Of a DNA stretch of 16,696 nucleotides, positions 1 through 7,343 are shown in pieces; position 1 is the first letter of the stretch; every line of letters begins with the position of its first letter. Under the pieces are notes generated by a model. The model had not been told where the DNA came from and searched no databases. It saw only the letters and a program-made list of their open reading frames with translations. Made by a program: the position numbers and the translations under genes. Origin of the DNA: an uncultured bacterium. Its GTDB lineage: Bacteria; Krumholzibacteriota; Krumholzibacteriia; Krumholzibacteriales; Krumholzibacteriaceae. The stretch covers positions 1 through 16,696 of the forward strand of contig CBDUYR010000055.1 of the NCBI GenBank assembly GCA_965371515.1. Reading direction: 5' to 3'.

Positions 1-2
1 CG

Positions 3-452
3 CTCGATATTGGTATTGAGGACCTTGATGCCATAGTCCACAAGCACTATGAAGAGATATCCGGACAGGTCGACTGCACATCATGCGCTAACTGCTGCCG
101 CGAAGTGCAGCTCGTTCTCACAGGCGATGATGTGGCCAGACTGGCGTCATGGTTGAAGATATCTGATGATGATCTTATCGAGCGCTTCCTTGCTATGGAT
201 GAAGACGGGGAACTTACCTTCAATACGCTGCCTTGTCCGCTTCTCAAGGGCAATCTTTGCGGCGCCTACGACCATCGGCCGGAGGTCTGCCGCTCCTACC
301 CGCATCTGCACAAGAATGAGTTCGTCTTCCGTCTTATGCAGGCGGTCCATAACTGCTCAGTCTGCCCGATAGTCTTTAACGTTTTCGAGAGGTTGAAGGT
401 AGAATTCATCGACGGGTTCAGTAATACGATTGATGATGAGGATGCTTTATAG
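3..452 (+). CDS. YkgJ family (CxxCxxCC) putative zinc/iron-chelating protein, 5'-truncated by the window edge
   Basis: The frame is open from base 3, upstream of the ORF-track start at 105: LDIGIEDLDAIVHKHYEEISGQVDCTSCANCCREV... It has CxxCxxCC, then PCPLLKGNLCGAYDHRPEVCRSYP (family motif) and CSVCP; stop TAG at 450-452. Confidence 0.9.
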   Translation, partial: LDIGIEDLDAIVHKHYEEISGQVDCTSCANCCREVQLVLTGDDVARLASWLKISDDDLIERFLAMDEDGELTFNTLPCPLLKGNLCGAYDHRPEVCRSYPHLHKNEFVFRLMQAVHNCSVCPIVFNVFERLKVEFIDGFSNTIDDEDAL

Positions 453-623
453 TGAGCCAGAGGCAACATACGCTCCAGTGACACTGATGGGGCATTAGTC
501 TTCGGCGCCCACTCGGGTGCGTGAATCATGTTGATATCCGCCGAATTTCCGATATACACTTTCACCGGCCAGCAGTGATATCCAGTATCATTGTTCGAGA
601 TACAAAGTGTCAGGGTTTGGTGG

Positions 624-680
624 AAGTATTCCTCTTCAAATCCCAATGCGTTCACGGAATATGGTGCTATAATGGCGGCT
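624..680 (+). pseudogene. Short remnant of an ORF6N-domain (KilA-N-like) DNA-binding protein gene
   Basis: Translates as KYSSSNPNAFTEYGAIMAA, matching the ORF6N signature (K)FS..LPYAFTEHGAIMAA. Flanking sequence does not continue the similarity. Confidence 0.65.
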
Positions 681-781
681 CAAGCGGACGGATGCTTCGG
701 CGTCACATCACTTGCGGGGGTAAGCGCCGCGCCGCTTAAAAGAGTATCGGGTTTTCGTCTGACGGAAGGGGAGGAGGAGCG

Positions 782-1171
782 ATGCCAGAGGAAGTGACGA
801 TTGACAGGGGCCTTCAACTCATTCACGTGAAATCCAGTGGCGATATCACTTCGGAGGACTTCAAGGAGACACTCGACGCGATTCTCAAGATTCGAGAGGT
901 TGAGGGATTGGTCAAAGTGTTTGTCGATGCAACCACGGTAGCATCCTACCCTTCGACGATCTCGATTTTCGAGTTTGGATCGGAGGCAGCAGAAACACTC
1001 AAGGGCATTCAGCTTGCGATTGTCGTCTCTTCTGAATCACGCGACGATTCTCAGTTCTTTGAGACCGTTACACGCAATCGTGGTGCTCGCGTCAGGGCTT
1101 TTGACTCACGAGATGCTGCACTTGCATGGCTGACAAAGGAGCCGGACAAGTCTGCTGGAGGCGACGCTTAA
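782..1171 (+). CDS. Small STAS/SEC14 (SpoIIAA-like) domain protein
   Basis: 129 aa with a strong RBS (GGAGGAGG) just upstream. Family-like pattern: IHVKSSGDIT..KVFVDAT..LAIVV..FFETVTRNRGARVRAFDSRDAALAWL. Confidence 0.75.
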   Translation: MPEEVTIDRGLQLIHVKSSGDITSEDFKETLDAILKIREVEGLVKVFVDATTVASYPSTISIFEFGSEAAETLKGIQLAIVVSSESRDDSQFFETVTRNRGARVRAFDSRDAALAWLTKEPDKSAGGDA

Positions 1172-1399
1172 CAGAGCCTGTACCAGCACCTTGGTCTCGA
1201 CACGATACATGGCAGCCAAGCCCTGATCTGCCTGATTAACGACATATACATTATCATCAATTGCCGAGAACGATGACGTTTAGATGCGGATGCTTGTCGG
1301 CGCTGCAACCGGACCTTTCCAGAATCACTGTATGAGTGCCTGCGTTGAGGACCTTCATGGCCGAAGTCGAGACCGAGGCTCCGTTATTGCCAGCGGCAG

Positions 1400-1651
1400 C
1401 AAGAGGTACTTGCCGTCGGGGGAGATCATCGGGCACAGATCGTTGGAGCTCGAATTGATCGGCTCGCCCGGGTTGACGGGCTCTGTCCATCCGCCCTTGC
1501 CGTCGACCAGTCTCGACATGTAGATGTTGCCCATTCCCCTCGAATCGGGACCCCTGCCGCTGAAGTGTATCGTTCCGTCGCTGGTGACCGCGAACTGCCA
1601 GTGGATATTCACCGGGCCGCTTGCACCTTCGACAGGCCTGGCGGCTGACCA
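1400..1651 (-). pseudogene. Fragment of a PD40/WD40-like (TolB-type) beta-propeller protein
   Basis: Within ORF 1355..1723(-): HWQFAVTSDGTIHF..GMGNIYMSRLVDG..WTEPVNPGEPINSSSNDLCPMISPDGKYL are PD40-type repeats. Only about two blades, with non-homologous ends. Confidence 0.7.
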
Positions 1652-1862
1652 TCGGTTGACCTCTAAGCAATGCGTATAATGAAACAATTCTACACAGTTC
1701 TCTGGGATATCAACCGCCAGCACAGAAGGCGATAGAACTGACTCCTTTAGATTAAATATTTTGAGGCTCAGAGCGATACAAATCTCTGGGGCAGGTCAGT
1801 TTTGTCATTGGCGAGGGGCACTATAACTATCGGCAACATTTTCGATATGCTATGTTTTACGC

Positions 1863-2867
1863 ATGCGCAAGCCCAAGCAGATTCTGATCATTCTCGGTTG
1901 GAACTTCCTGTTCTTACTGGTGCTTATCTCAGTGGTCGACATAGGAGCGCGCTTCTTCATTCGCGGGCGTAGCTACGTACGCTTCGATGACCCCGAGCTT
2001 TTTGTGAGTGACCGTCCCAGCATCATAGATCATCAAACAAGGGGATTCGCGCTCCAACCCAACTTCTCGAGCGCCTCGGTCCGAATCAACTCAGACGGAT
2101 TCCGTGGCTCGGAGCTTCCTGTGGCATTTCAGAGCATGTACAGGGTCCTCGTCATCGGTGAATCAACGACATTCGGCTGGAGGCTGGGAGATAGGGATAC
2201 GTATCCTCATCAGCTCCAGATATACCTGCACCAGGCAGGAGCCGACTCGGTGTGTGTGGTGAATGCTGGTGTACCCTCCTATACATCACTGCAGGCCCTG
2301 ATCTGCGTTACAGAGCTTCTGCCCCGGATCAAACCGCATCTGGTCATAGTGAACGTCATGTGGAACGACATCTGGTACTCGTCTCATGATTATTGGTTTC
2401 CAGAGATGCTTGTGCTGAGACGCCCCAGCGCATGGCGCCAATTTTTATTGAAGCATTCGGGACTATACCTGGCGCTTTCCCTGCGTGCCGGTAGTAGAGG
2501 CGAGGTCGACGTCTTCAACGGAGAAGCCCTGGATTTCTACGGAAAGAATCTCGAACGCATGGTTGTGGAATGCCAAAAGCACGGAGTGAAGCCGGTGCTC
2601 TTGCATCCCCCTTTCGACTCTTCGATCGCTCGTGCAAAGGGACAAACATATTTTGCATCTCCTTTTCTGAGAACGTCGATGGAACGCTACGTGCGGTCCG
2701 CCCGGAATGTCGCCGGCAAACATGGCATCCCTTTTATCGAGACTCGTTTGTCCGGTGGCCAAGTGCACTGGTCGGACCTGTTCATGGATCCGATTCATCC
2801 GACAGCTGCGGGCAACCGCCTGATCGCTGAGGATTTGGGGAAGTATATATTGGAAAACGTATTGTGA
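1863..2867 (+). CDS. Membrane-anchored SGNH/GDSL hydrolase family protein
   Basis: N-terminal hydrophobic anchor, INSDGFRG motif, block I VIGESTTFG, block II NAGVPSYTS, block III MWND, block V DPIHPTAAGNRLIA. Confidence 0.9.
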   Translation: MRKPKQILIILGWNFLFLLVLISVVDIGARFFIRGRSYVRFDDPELFVSDRPSIIDHQTRGFALQPNFSSASVRINSDGFRGSELPVAFQSMYRVLVIGESTTFGWRLGDRDTYPHQLQIYLHQAGADSVCVVNAGVPSYTSLQALICVTELLPRIKPHLVIVNVMWNDIWYSSHDYWFPEMLVLRRPSAWRQFLLKHSGLYLALSLRAGSRGEVDVFNGEALDFYGKNLERMVVECQKHGVKPVLLHPPFDSSIARAKGQTYFASPFLRTSMERYVRSARNVAGKHGIPFIETRLSGGQVHWSDLFMDPIHPTAAGNRLIAEDLGKYILENVL

Positions 2868-2956
2868 AACCAGATGGCTCTCGGCGAATTGTGTCCAGGT
2901 CGTCAAGGGGATTTTTTCGGGACGGACTGAAAAAGAGATCAGAGTTCTTTCTTTGC

Positions 2957-3532
2957 TCAGGGGACAGTCGTATTGAACATTACCAGGACATAACCGGACT
3001 TGACGCTTACGACTGCCATGTCCTCATCGCCGTCGCCGTCGAGGTCGGCGGCGATCACGGAGAATGGACGCCCGTCCGTGTCATACTGGGCCGTCTGCTC
3101 AATCGTGCCGTCCCCGGAATTGAAAAGAACAGAAACGCTATTGGACGCGCTGTTCGCCGTTATGAGATCGATATCACCGTCACCATCGATGTCCGCCGCG
3201 CACACTGAATGAGGCCCGTTTCCGGTGCCATGATCGACAGCCGGCTGAAAGGTGCCGTTACCGTTGTTAAACAGTATCGATACGGTGTTGGAACCGGTAT
3301 TTGCCACAGCTACGTCCAGGTACCCGTCGCCATCCAGATCGCCTGACGTGATCGCAATGGGATTGGCGCCCACCCCGTACGGGAAGGCGTCGTAGAAGAG
3401 GTGATGTCCCGGCCCCTGTGGTTGGGGATCGGGGGATGGTGGGAGGCCGGTACCTCCGTCGCCGCAGGATATAAAGGAAATCAAAGACAGGAGGATCATG
3501 TCCACTGCAAGGGATCTGGTAAGGATGCGCAT
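2957..3532 (-). CDS. FG-GAP/VCBS repeat lipoprotein
   Basis: Likely start is ATG at 3532 after GGGAGG. Signal peptide ends FISC (lipobox-like), then a Pro-rich linker and three DxDGDGxxD repeats (GDLDGDGYLDVAV, ADIDGDGDIDLIT, ADLDGDGDEDMAV). Confidence 0.85.
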   Translation of the reverse strand: MRILTRSLAVDMILLSLISFISCGDGGTGLPPSPDPQPQGPGHHLFYDAFPYGVGANPIAITSGDLDGDGYLDVAVANTGSNTVSILFNNGNGTFQPAVDHGTGNGPHSVCAADIDGDGDIDLITANSASNSVSVLFNSGDGTIEQTAQYDTDGRPFSVIAADLDGDGDEDMAVVSVKSGYVLVMFNTTVP

Positions 3533-3750
3533 GGCTGGCCTCCCCGGTTGAGGAACCCTGCGGCCTGGAGAAGTTTTATCCAGGGAGTTTTTTTCAATTA
3601 ACCGCGAACTGATTGTACATGAAATTTCTGGCGCACGCAAGTTTAATAATGATAATGCTATACAAATTGCGTGGGGATTGATTCAGAGACGGATAATCAT
3701 ATGAGCGAGAAGGTGATGAGACGTTGATGTTCATCCGGGCCGGATTATTC

Positions 3751-3780
3751 TTGATAAATGTATATGTTCATAATATACAT
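3751..3780 (+). promoter_or_regulatory. Putative brnTA promoter with inverted-repeat operator
   Basis: TTGATA at 3751-3756; inverted repeat ATGTATAT (3758-3765)/ATATACAT (3773-3780) directly upstream of the ATG at 3786. Confidence 0.6.
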
Positions 3781-3785
3781 AAATT

Positions 3786-4088
3786 ATGGATAAAGAAGAC
3801 AGATTTCTCAATTGGGAAGGCTTTGACTGGGATGAGGGGAACCTCGTAAAGAACTGGGAGAAGCGCGGAGTCTCGGCATCTGAATGTGAACAGGTCTTCT
3901 TCAATAATCCACTGATCGCCGGTCTGGATGAGAAACATTTGGATCAAGAACCCAGATATAACGCCCTGGGAATCACTGATGCGGGGAGGAAGCTGTTTCT
4001 CGCATTTACAGTAAAGACTACCCTCGTACGGATCATATCGGCAAGAGATATGAGCCGCAGGGAGAGAAAGGTCTTCGATAAGTCATGA
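3786..4088 (+). CDS. brnT: BrnT family toxin (DUF497)
   Basis: GFDWDEGNLVKNWEKRGVS..ECEQVFFN..EPRY..LGIT..R.LF.AFT..VRIISARDMSRRER. Stop overlaps the next start (ATGA). Confidence 0.92.
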   Translation: MDKEDRFLNWEGFDWDEGNLVKNWEKRGVSASECEQVFFNNPLIAGLDEKHLDQEPRYNALGITDAGRKLFLAFTVKTTLVRIISARDMSRRERKVFDKS

Positions 4089-4366
4089 AGAAAAAGAAGA
4101 TCCCGAAGTTCAAGTCGGAAGCGGAAGAGCGGGAATTCTGGGCAAAGGAAGATTCGGCGGAGTACATCGACTGGGAAAATGCCAGGAATGTCGTGCTGCC
4201 GAAGCTTAAGCCGTCCCTGAAGACGATCTCACTGCGGCTGCCGGAATATATGCTGGCTGAGCTCAAGCTGCTCGCGAATAAGCGGGATGTCCCGTACCAG
4301 TCGCTTCTCAAGATGTTTCTGGCCGAGCGTATCGATAAGGAATTGAAGGCCAATAGAGGGTCGTAA
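4085..4366 (+). CDS. brnA: BrnA/CopG-type ribbon-helix-helix antitoxin
   Basis: KIPKFKSEAEEREFW..DSAEYIDW..LKPSLKTISLRLP..LKLLANKRDVPYQSLLKMFLAERI; translationally coupled to brnT. Confidence 0.9.
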   Translation: MKKKKIPKFKSEAEEREFWAKEDSAEYIDWENARNVVLPKLKPSLKTISLRLPEYMLAELKLLANKRDVPYQSLLKMFLAERIDKELKANRGS

Positions 4367-4371
4367 CGGTT

Positions 4372-4400
4372 CGGCCATCGACTATGATAGTGCTTCGCAG
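4372..4400 (+). repeat. 29-bp near-copy of the start region of the gene at 6383
   Basis: cggccatcgactatgatagtgcttcgcag versus 6371..6399 cggtcatcgtctatgatagtacttcgctg: 25/29 identical; both encode MIVLR. Confidence 0.8.
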
Positions 4401-4472
4401 AATCGAAAACTTGACATGAAGTGGATAACCAGGTAGACGGCAAGTCTTTTTGCCGCTCAGGCGGAGATCAGC

Positions 4473-5303
4473 GTGAAGATCGGCTGGCTTTCAGACATAC
4501 ACCTCAACTTCCTGGAGGATGCCGAGGTTTCATCGTTCATCAGTGAACTCGCTGCCGTGGAAGTGGATGGTTGGGTAGTCTCCGGTGACATCGGAGAGTC
4601 CGGCAGTCTCCGGGATTACCTCGATCGTCTATCGAGCGGGCTCGGACGTCCCGTGTACTTCGTTCTCGGGAATCACGATTACTATCATAGTTCGATTGCC
4701 GAGGTGGCTTCCCTGATTGACAGTGCTGTATTGGACCCGGGGCTCATCTGGCTGACCTCTTCAGGTCCGAGCTTCCTGAACGGCGATCTCGCCGTCGTAG
4801 GAGACGACGGTTGGGGAGACGCTCGCCTCGGTGATCCACACGGCAGCCATGTAGAGCTTAACGACTTCTACTGCATCAGGGAACTGATGGATCTGACACG
4901 TTCGGAGCTGATTCAAAGGACAAACGCGCTCGGCGATGCCTGTTACTCGCGACTGGCCCCGAAACTCGAGGAGGCGGCCTCACGATGCAGGAAAGTCTGC
5001 GTAATTACTCACGTCCCGCCCTTTGAGGGAGCTGCGTGGTATGAAGGGCAGCCGAGTGACCCGGAGTGGCTGCCGTGGTTCTCGTGCGCTGCCGCAGGCC
5101 GGGCCATATTAGAGTGCGCTGGACGACACGCGGATGTCGATTTTGTGGTTCTCTGTGGGCATACTCATGGGCAAGGTGTCTTCGAAGCGTGCCATAACGT
5201 GATCGTGTACACAGCGGGGGCGGAGTATGGCAGACCTGAGCTGCAGGGGATTGTCGTTTACGATGGTGATAAGTTAGGGGTGCGTTCTAAGCATCGCCTG
5301 TAG
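4473..5303 (+). CDS. Calcineurin-like metallophosphoesterase (CpdA/Icc-like)
   Basis: All five motifs present: SDIHL, SGDIG, GNHD, THVPP, GHTH. GTG start preceded by GGAG. Confidence 0.9.
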   Translation: MKIGWLSDIHLNFLEDAEVSSFISELAAVEVDGWVVSGDIGESGSLRDYLDRLSSGLGRPVYFVLGNHDYYHSSIAEVASLIDSAVLDPGLIWLTSSGPSFLNGDLAVVGDDGWGDARLGDPHGSHVELNDFYCIRELMDLTRSELIQRTNALGDACYSRLAPKLEEAASRCRKVCVITHVPPFEGAAWYEGQPSDPEWLPWFSCAAAGRAILECAGRHADVDFVVLCGHTHGQGVFEACHNVIVYTAGAEYGRPELQGIVVYDGDKLGVRSKHRL

Positions 5304-5355
5304 AATACTTTCTATTCGGAATTCCAATCAGGGCCCGCTGAAAGGGGTGCACATC

Positions 5356-5549
5356 ATGAATGATTATAATCCGCATTCACAACCGGATCCGGAAGAGTGG
5401 CAGGAGTTGGATGAACAGGAGCAGATCGATCTGCCTGGCGGCAATGCGCATGGAGCGCCCTGCAGCCTGAGGGCGGCGCCGGTCTCAACGAGGAATATCT
5501 CGAGAGAATCAGAGCTCTCTCGGCGGAGGAGTGGAAGAAGAAGACCTGA
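5356..5549 (+). pseudogene. Internally deleted, frameshifted small gene (DUF1841-like hypothetical family)
   Basis: RBS AAAGGGG and ATG at 5356 give MNDYNPHSQPDPEEWQELDEQEQIDL. From about 5433 another frame gives AWSALQPEGGAGLNEEYLERIRALSAEEWKKKT*. These resemble the N- and C-termini of one family; the assignment is from memory. Confidence 0.55.
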
Positions 5550-5640
5550 TAGCTTTTGCTTGCATCTGGAGAACATCGTTGTTACGCCGCTTGATTGGCA
5601 AAGAGAGTGACAATCTGCAAACGCCAGGCAAAATTTAATA

Positions 5641-5669
5641 TTGACATATAACGTTATACGGTATAACAT
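5641..5669 (+). promoter_or_regulatory. higBA promoter with overlapping palindromic operator
   Basis: TTGACA 5641-5646, 17-bp spacer, TAACAT 5664-5669. Perfect palindrome TATAACGTTATA (5647-5658) and inverted repeat GTTATAC-g-GTATAAC (5653-5667). Confidence 0.75.
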
Positions 5670-5675
5670 GTACGC

Positions 5676-5957
5676 ATGATACGTTCCTTCAAGAGCCGAG
5701 AAGCCGAGAAGATCTTTTCAAGGACTCGATCGCGAAAATTGCCTGGTGATATTCAGGAAGTTGCTTTTCGAAAGCTACGGATGCTTCATAGAGCCATGAC
5801 GCTTCAAGATTTGCGCGTGCCACCCGCAAATCGACTGGAGCGACTCAAAGGCGACAGAAAGGGGCAATATAGCATACGGATCAATGATCAATGGCGTATT
5901 TGTTTCTTATGGGAAGGTGGCCATGCATTCGATGTCGATATTGTAGATTACCATTGA
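5676..5957 (+). CDS. higB: HigB-type toxin (RelE/ParE superfamily, plasmid maintenance killer protein)
   Basis: MIRSFK..AEKIF..RKLRML..DLRVPPANRLERLKGDRKGQYSIRINDQWRICFLW..VDIVDYH, the canonical HigB pattern; lies upstream of its antitoxin. Confidence 0.95.
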   Translation: MIRSFKSREAEKIFSRTRSRKLPGDIQEVAFRKLRMLHRAMTLQDLRVPPANRLERLKGDRKGQYSIRINDQWRICFLWEGGHAFDVDIVDYH

Positions 5958-5965
5958 GGTGTATC

Positions 5966-6280
5966 ATGGCTAAAAAGAAATTTGATCCGATCCACCCGGG
6001 AAAAATCCTGCTGAAGGAATTTCTCGAGCCGATGAAGCTCAGCCAGAACAGGCTGGCCAGAGATATCAATGTTCCTCCGCGCAGGATTAATGAGATAGTT
6101 CTCGGCAAAAGGCGGATTACTGCCGATACTGCCCTTCGTCTGGCGCGCTACTTCAAAATGTCAGCTGAATTCTGGCTTGGTCTTCAGATGGATTATGATC
6201 TTGAATTAGAAGCTGATCGAGTCGGGGCGAGAATAGAGGCTGAGATCTCCACTTATTCTCAACAGAGCAGGACACAGTAA
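5966..6280 (+). CDS. higA: HigA family addiction-module antitoxin
   Basis: Start ATG at 5966 after GAGGTG. PIHPGKILLKEFLEPM.LSQNRLARDINVPPRRINEIV.GKRRITADTALRLARYF.MSAEFWLGLQMDYDL. Confidence 0.95.
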   Translation: MAKKKFDPIHPGKILLKEFLEPMKLSQNRLARDINVPPRRINEIVLGKRRITADTALRLARYFKMSAEFWLGLQMDYDLELEADRVGARIEAEISTYSQQSRTQ

Positions 6281-6382
6281 TCAATGGCTTCCGACTGATT
6301 GTAGCTTGCGTTTGGCGATGCGTTCCGAGGCTGAAGTCGTTCTTCCCTTCGCGTCGCTGAACTCGATATCCGGTCATCGTCT

Positions 6383-7180
6383 ATGATAGTACTTCGCTGC
6401 ACGCATAAGCTGCTCAGGGAACTCCGCCTTCCGAAGGACGAACTCGGGAATCCGGGCGAGGGGTTTCTCGGAAGCTGGTTCGCGAACCTTTTCCGTATCG
6501 ACCGCCGGAAGTGCGTCATCTTCACTAACGACAGGACGCTTTACTCGTTTATCCGCTACGGATTGAAGAGAGACGATTTCGACGGGTTGAACGAGGTATT
6601 CTCCACGGCGCTAGCAGAGACACTGCTGCTCGACGGGATTCCGGTCGAAACCGTCAGGAAGATCTACGTGGAATCCCACCCTGCCGTCTTCGGAACTACG
6701 AACAGCCGCAGCGTGCTGGGATCTATGAACGATCTGGTCAAGGAAAGCATGCATCTCGTCCCGGAAAAGCCCCAGGTAACGGATGAAGATATCGCGGCCG
6801 TGAACCACCGGTTGAACCGGACGCCGATGAGAACGCTGAATTACATTCGGCCCGTCCTGGAGATGTCCACTGCCCTGGAGGACTGGCAGCGGGAAATGGA
6901 GAAGAATATAGGACCTCCGAAGATCTATGTAGAACTCAAGATGAGCGAAAGAGAGAAACACCTGGTCATCGACAGCCCGCTGTCCGTCCTCGGCTTCGAG
7001 GACAGGTTCGAGAAATCTCCCGGCGGGAAGCATTTCGTTGCGAGGTTGAACCGCGACGAGATGGAGGATCTCGTGGAGTTCATGGCGATGCTGGCAAATC
7101 ACCCGGCGGATGAGTGGCCAGAGGGCGAGAGGAATCAGATACTCGACAAGTACAGCGAAATCCTCGAGTCGATGGGGTGA
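6383..7180 (+). CDS. DUF6933-like domain protein with an acidic C-terminal extension
   Basis: MIVLRCTHKLL..LGSWFANLFRIDRRKCVIFTNDRTLYSF..TNSRSVLGSMND..LNRTPM matches the DUF6933 pattern as I recall it. The last ~95 aa are unassigned. Confidence 0.75.
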   Translation: MIVLRCTHKLLRELRLPKDELGNPGEGFLGSWFANLFRIDRRKCVIFTNDRTLYSFIRYGLKRDDFDGLNEVFSTALAETLLLDGIPVETVRKIYVESHPAVFGTTNSRSVLGSMNDLVKESMHLVPEKPQVTDEDIAAVNHRLNRTPMRTLNYIRPVLEMSTALEDWQREMEKNIGPPKIYVELKMSEREKHLVIDSPLSVLGFEDRFEKSPGGKHFVARLNRDEMEDLVEFMAMLANHPADEWPEGERNQILDKYSEILESMG

Positions 7181-7272
7181 CCGGAATTGCTCTTCTAATC
7201 GTAACCGTATTCATTGCAGCAAATTAAAAAGATTTTACCGAGGCGCCGTGTTGCTTTTCCGCAACCCAGGCC

Positions 7273-7316
7273 TTGACACATCACTAAATGTTGTTACAAT
7301 AATTATTGTAACAACA
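7273..7316 (+). promoter_or_regulatory. Promoter of the AAA ATPase gene overlapped by a perfect 28-bp palindrome
   Basis: TTGACA 7273-7278 and TACAAT 7295-7300 (16-bp spacer). Palindrome TGTTGTTACAATAATTATTGTAACAACA at 7289-7316. RBS AAGGAG precedes the GTG at 7344. Confidence 0.75.
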
Positions 7317-7343
7317 AATACTGATATATTCTAAGGAGATACA

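Noticed and set aside
1284..1349. Possible GxxExxY-family remnant (LVGAATGP / ESLYECL in different frames)
   Set aside because: Too short and requires frameshifts; cannot be distinguished from chance without a search.
2155..2178. GES instead of GDS in SGNH block I as a sign of inactivation
   Set aside because: The nucleophile Ser, the oxyanion Gly and Asn, and DxxH are all retained, and GES variants occur in this family.
2957..3360. Repeated DNA motifs on the - strand
   Set aside because: Explained by FG-GAP protein repeats; no CRISPR-like constant repeat and spacer structure.
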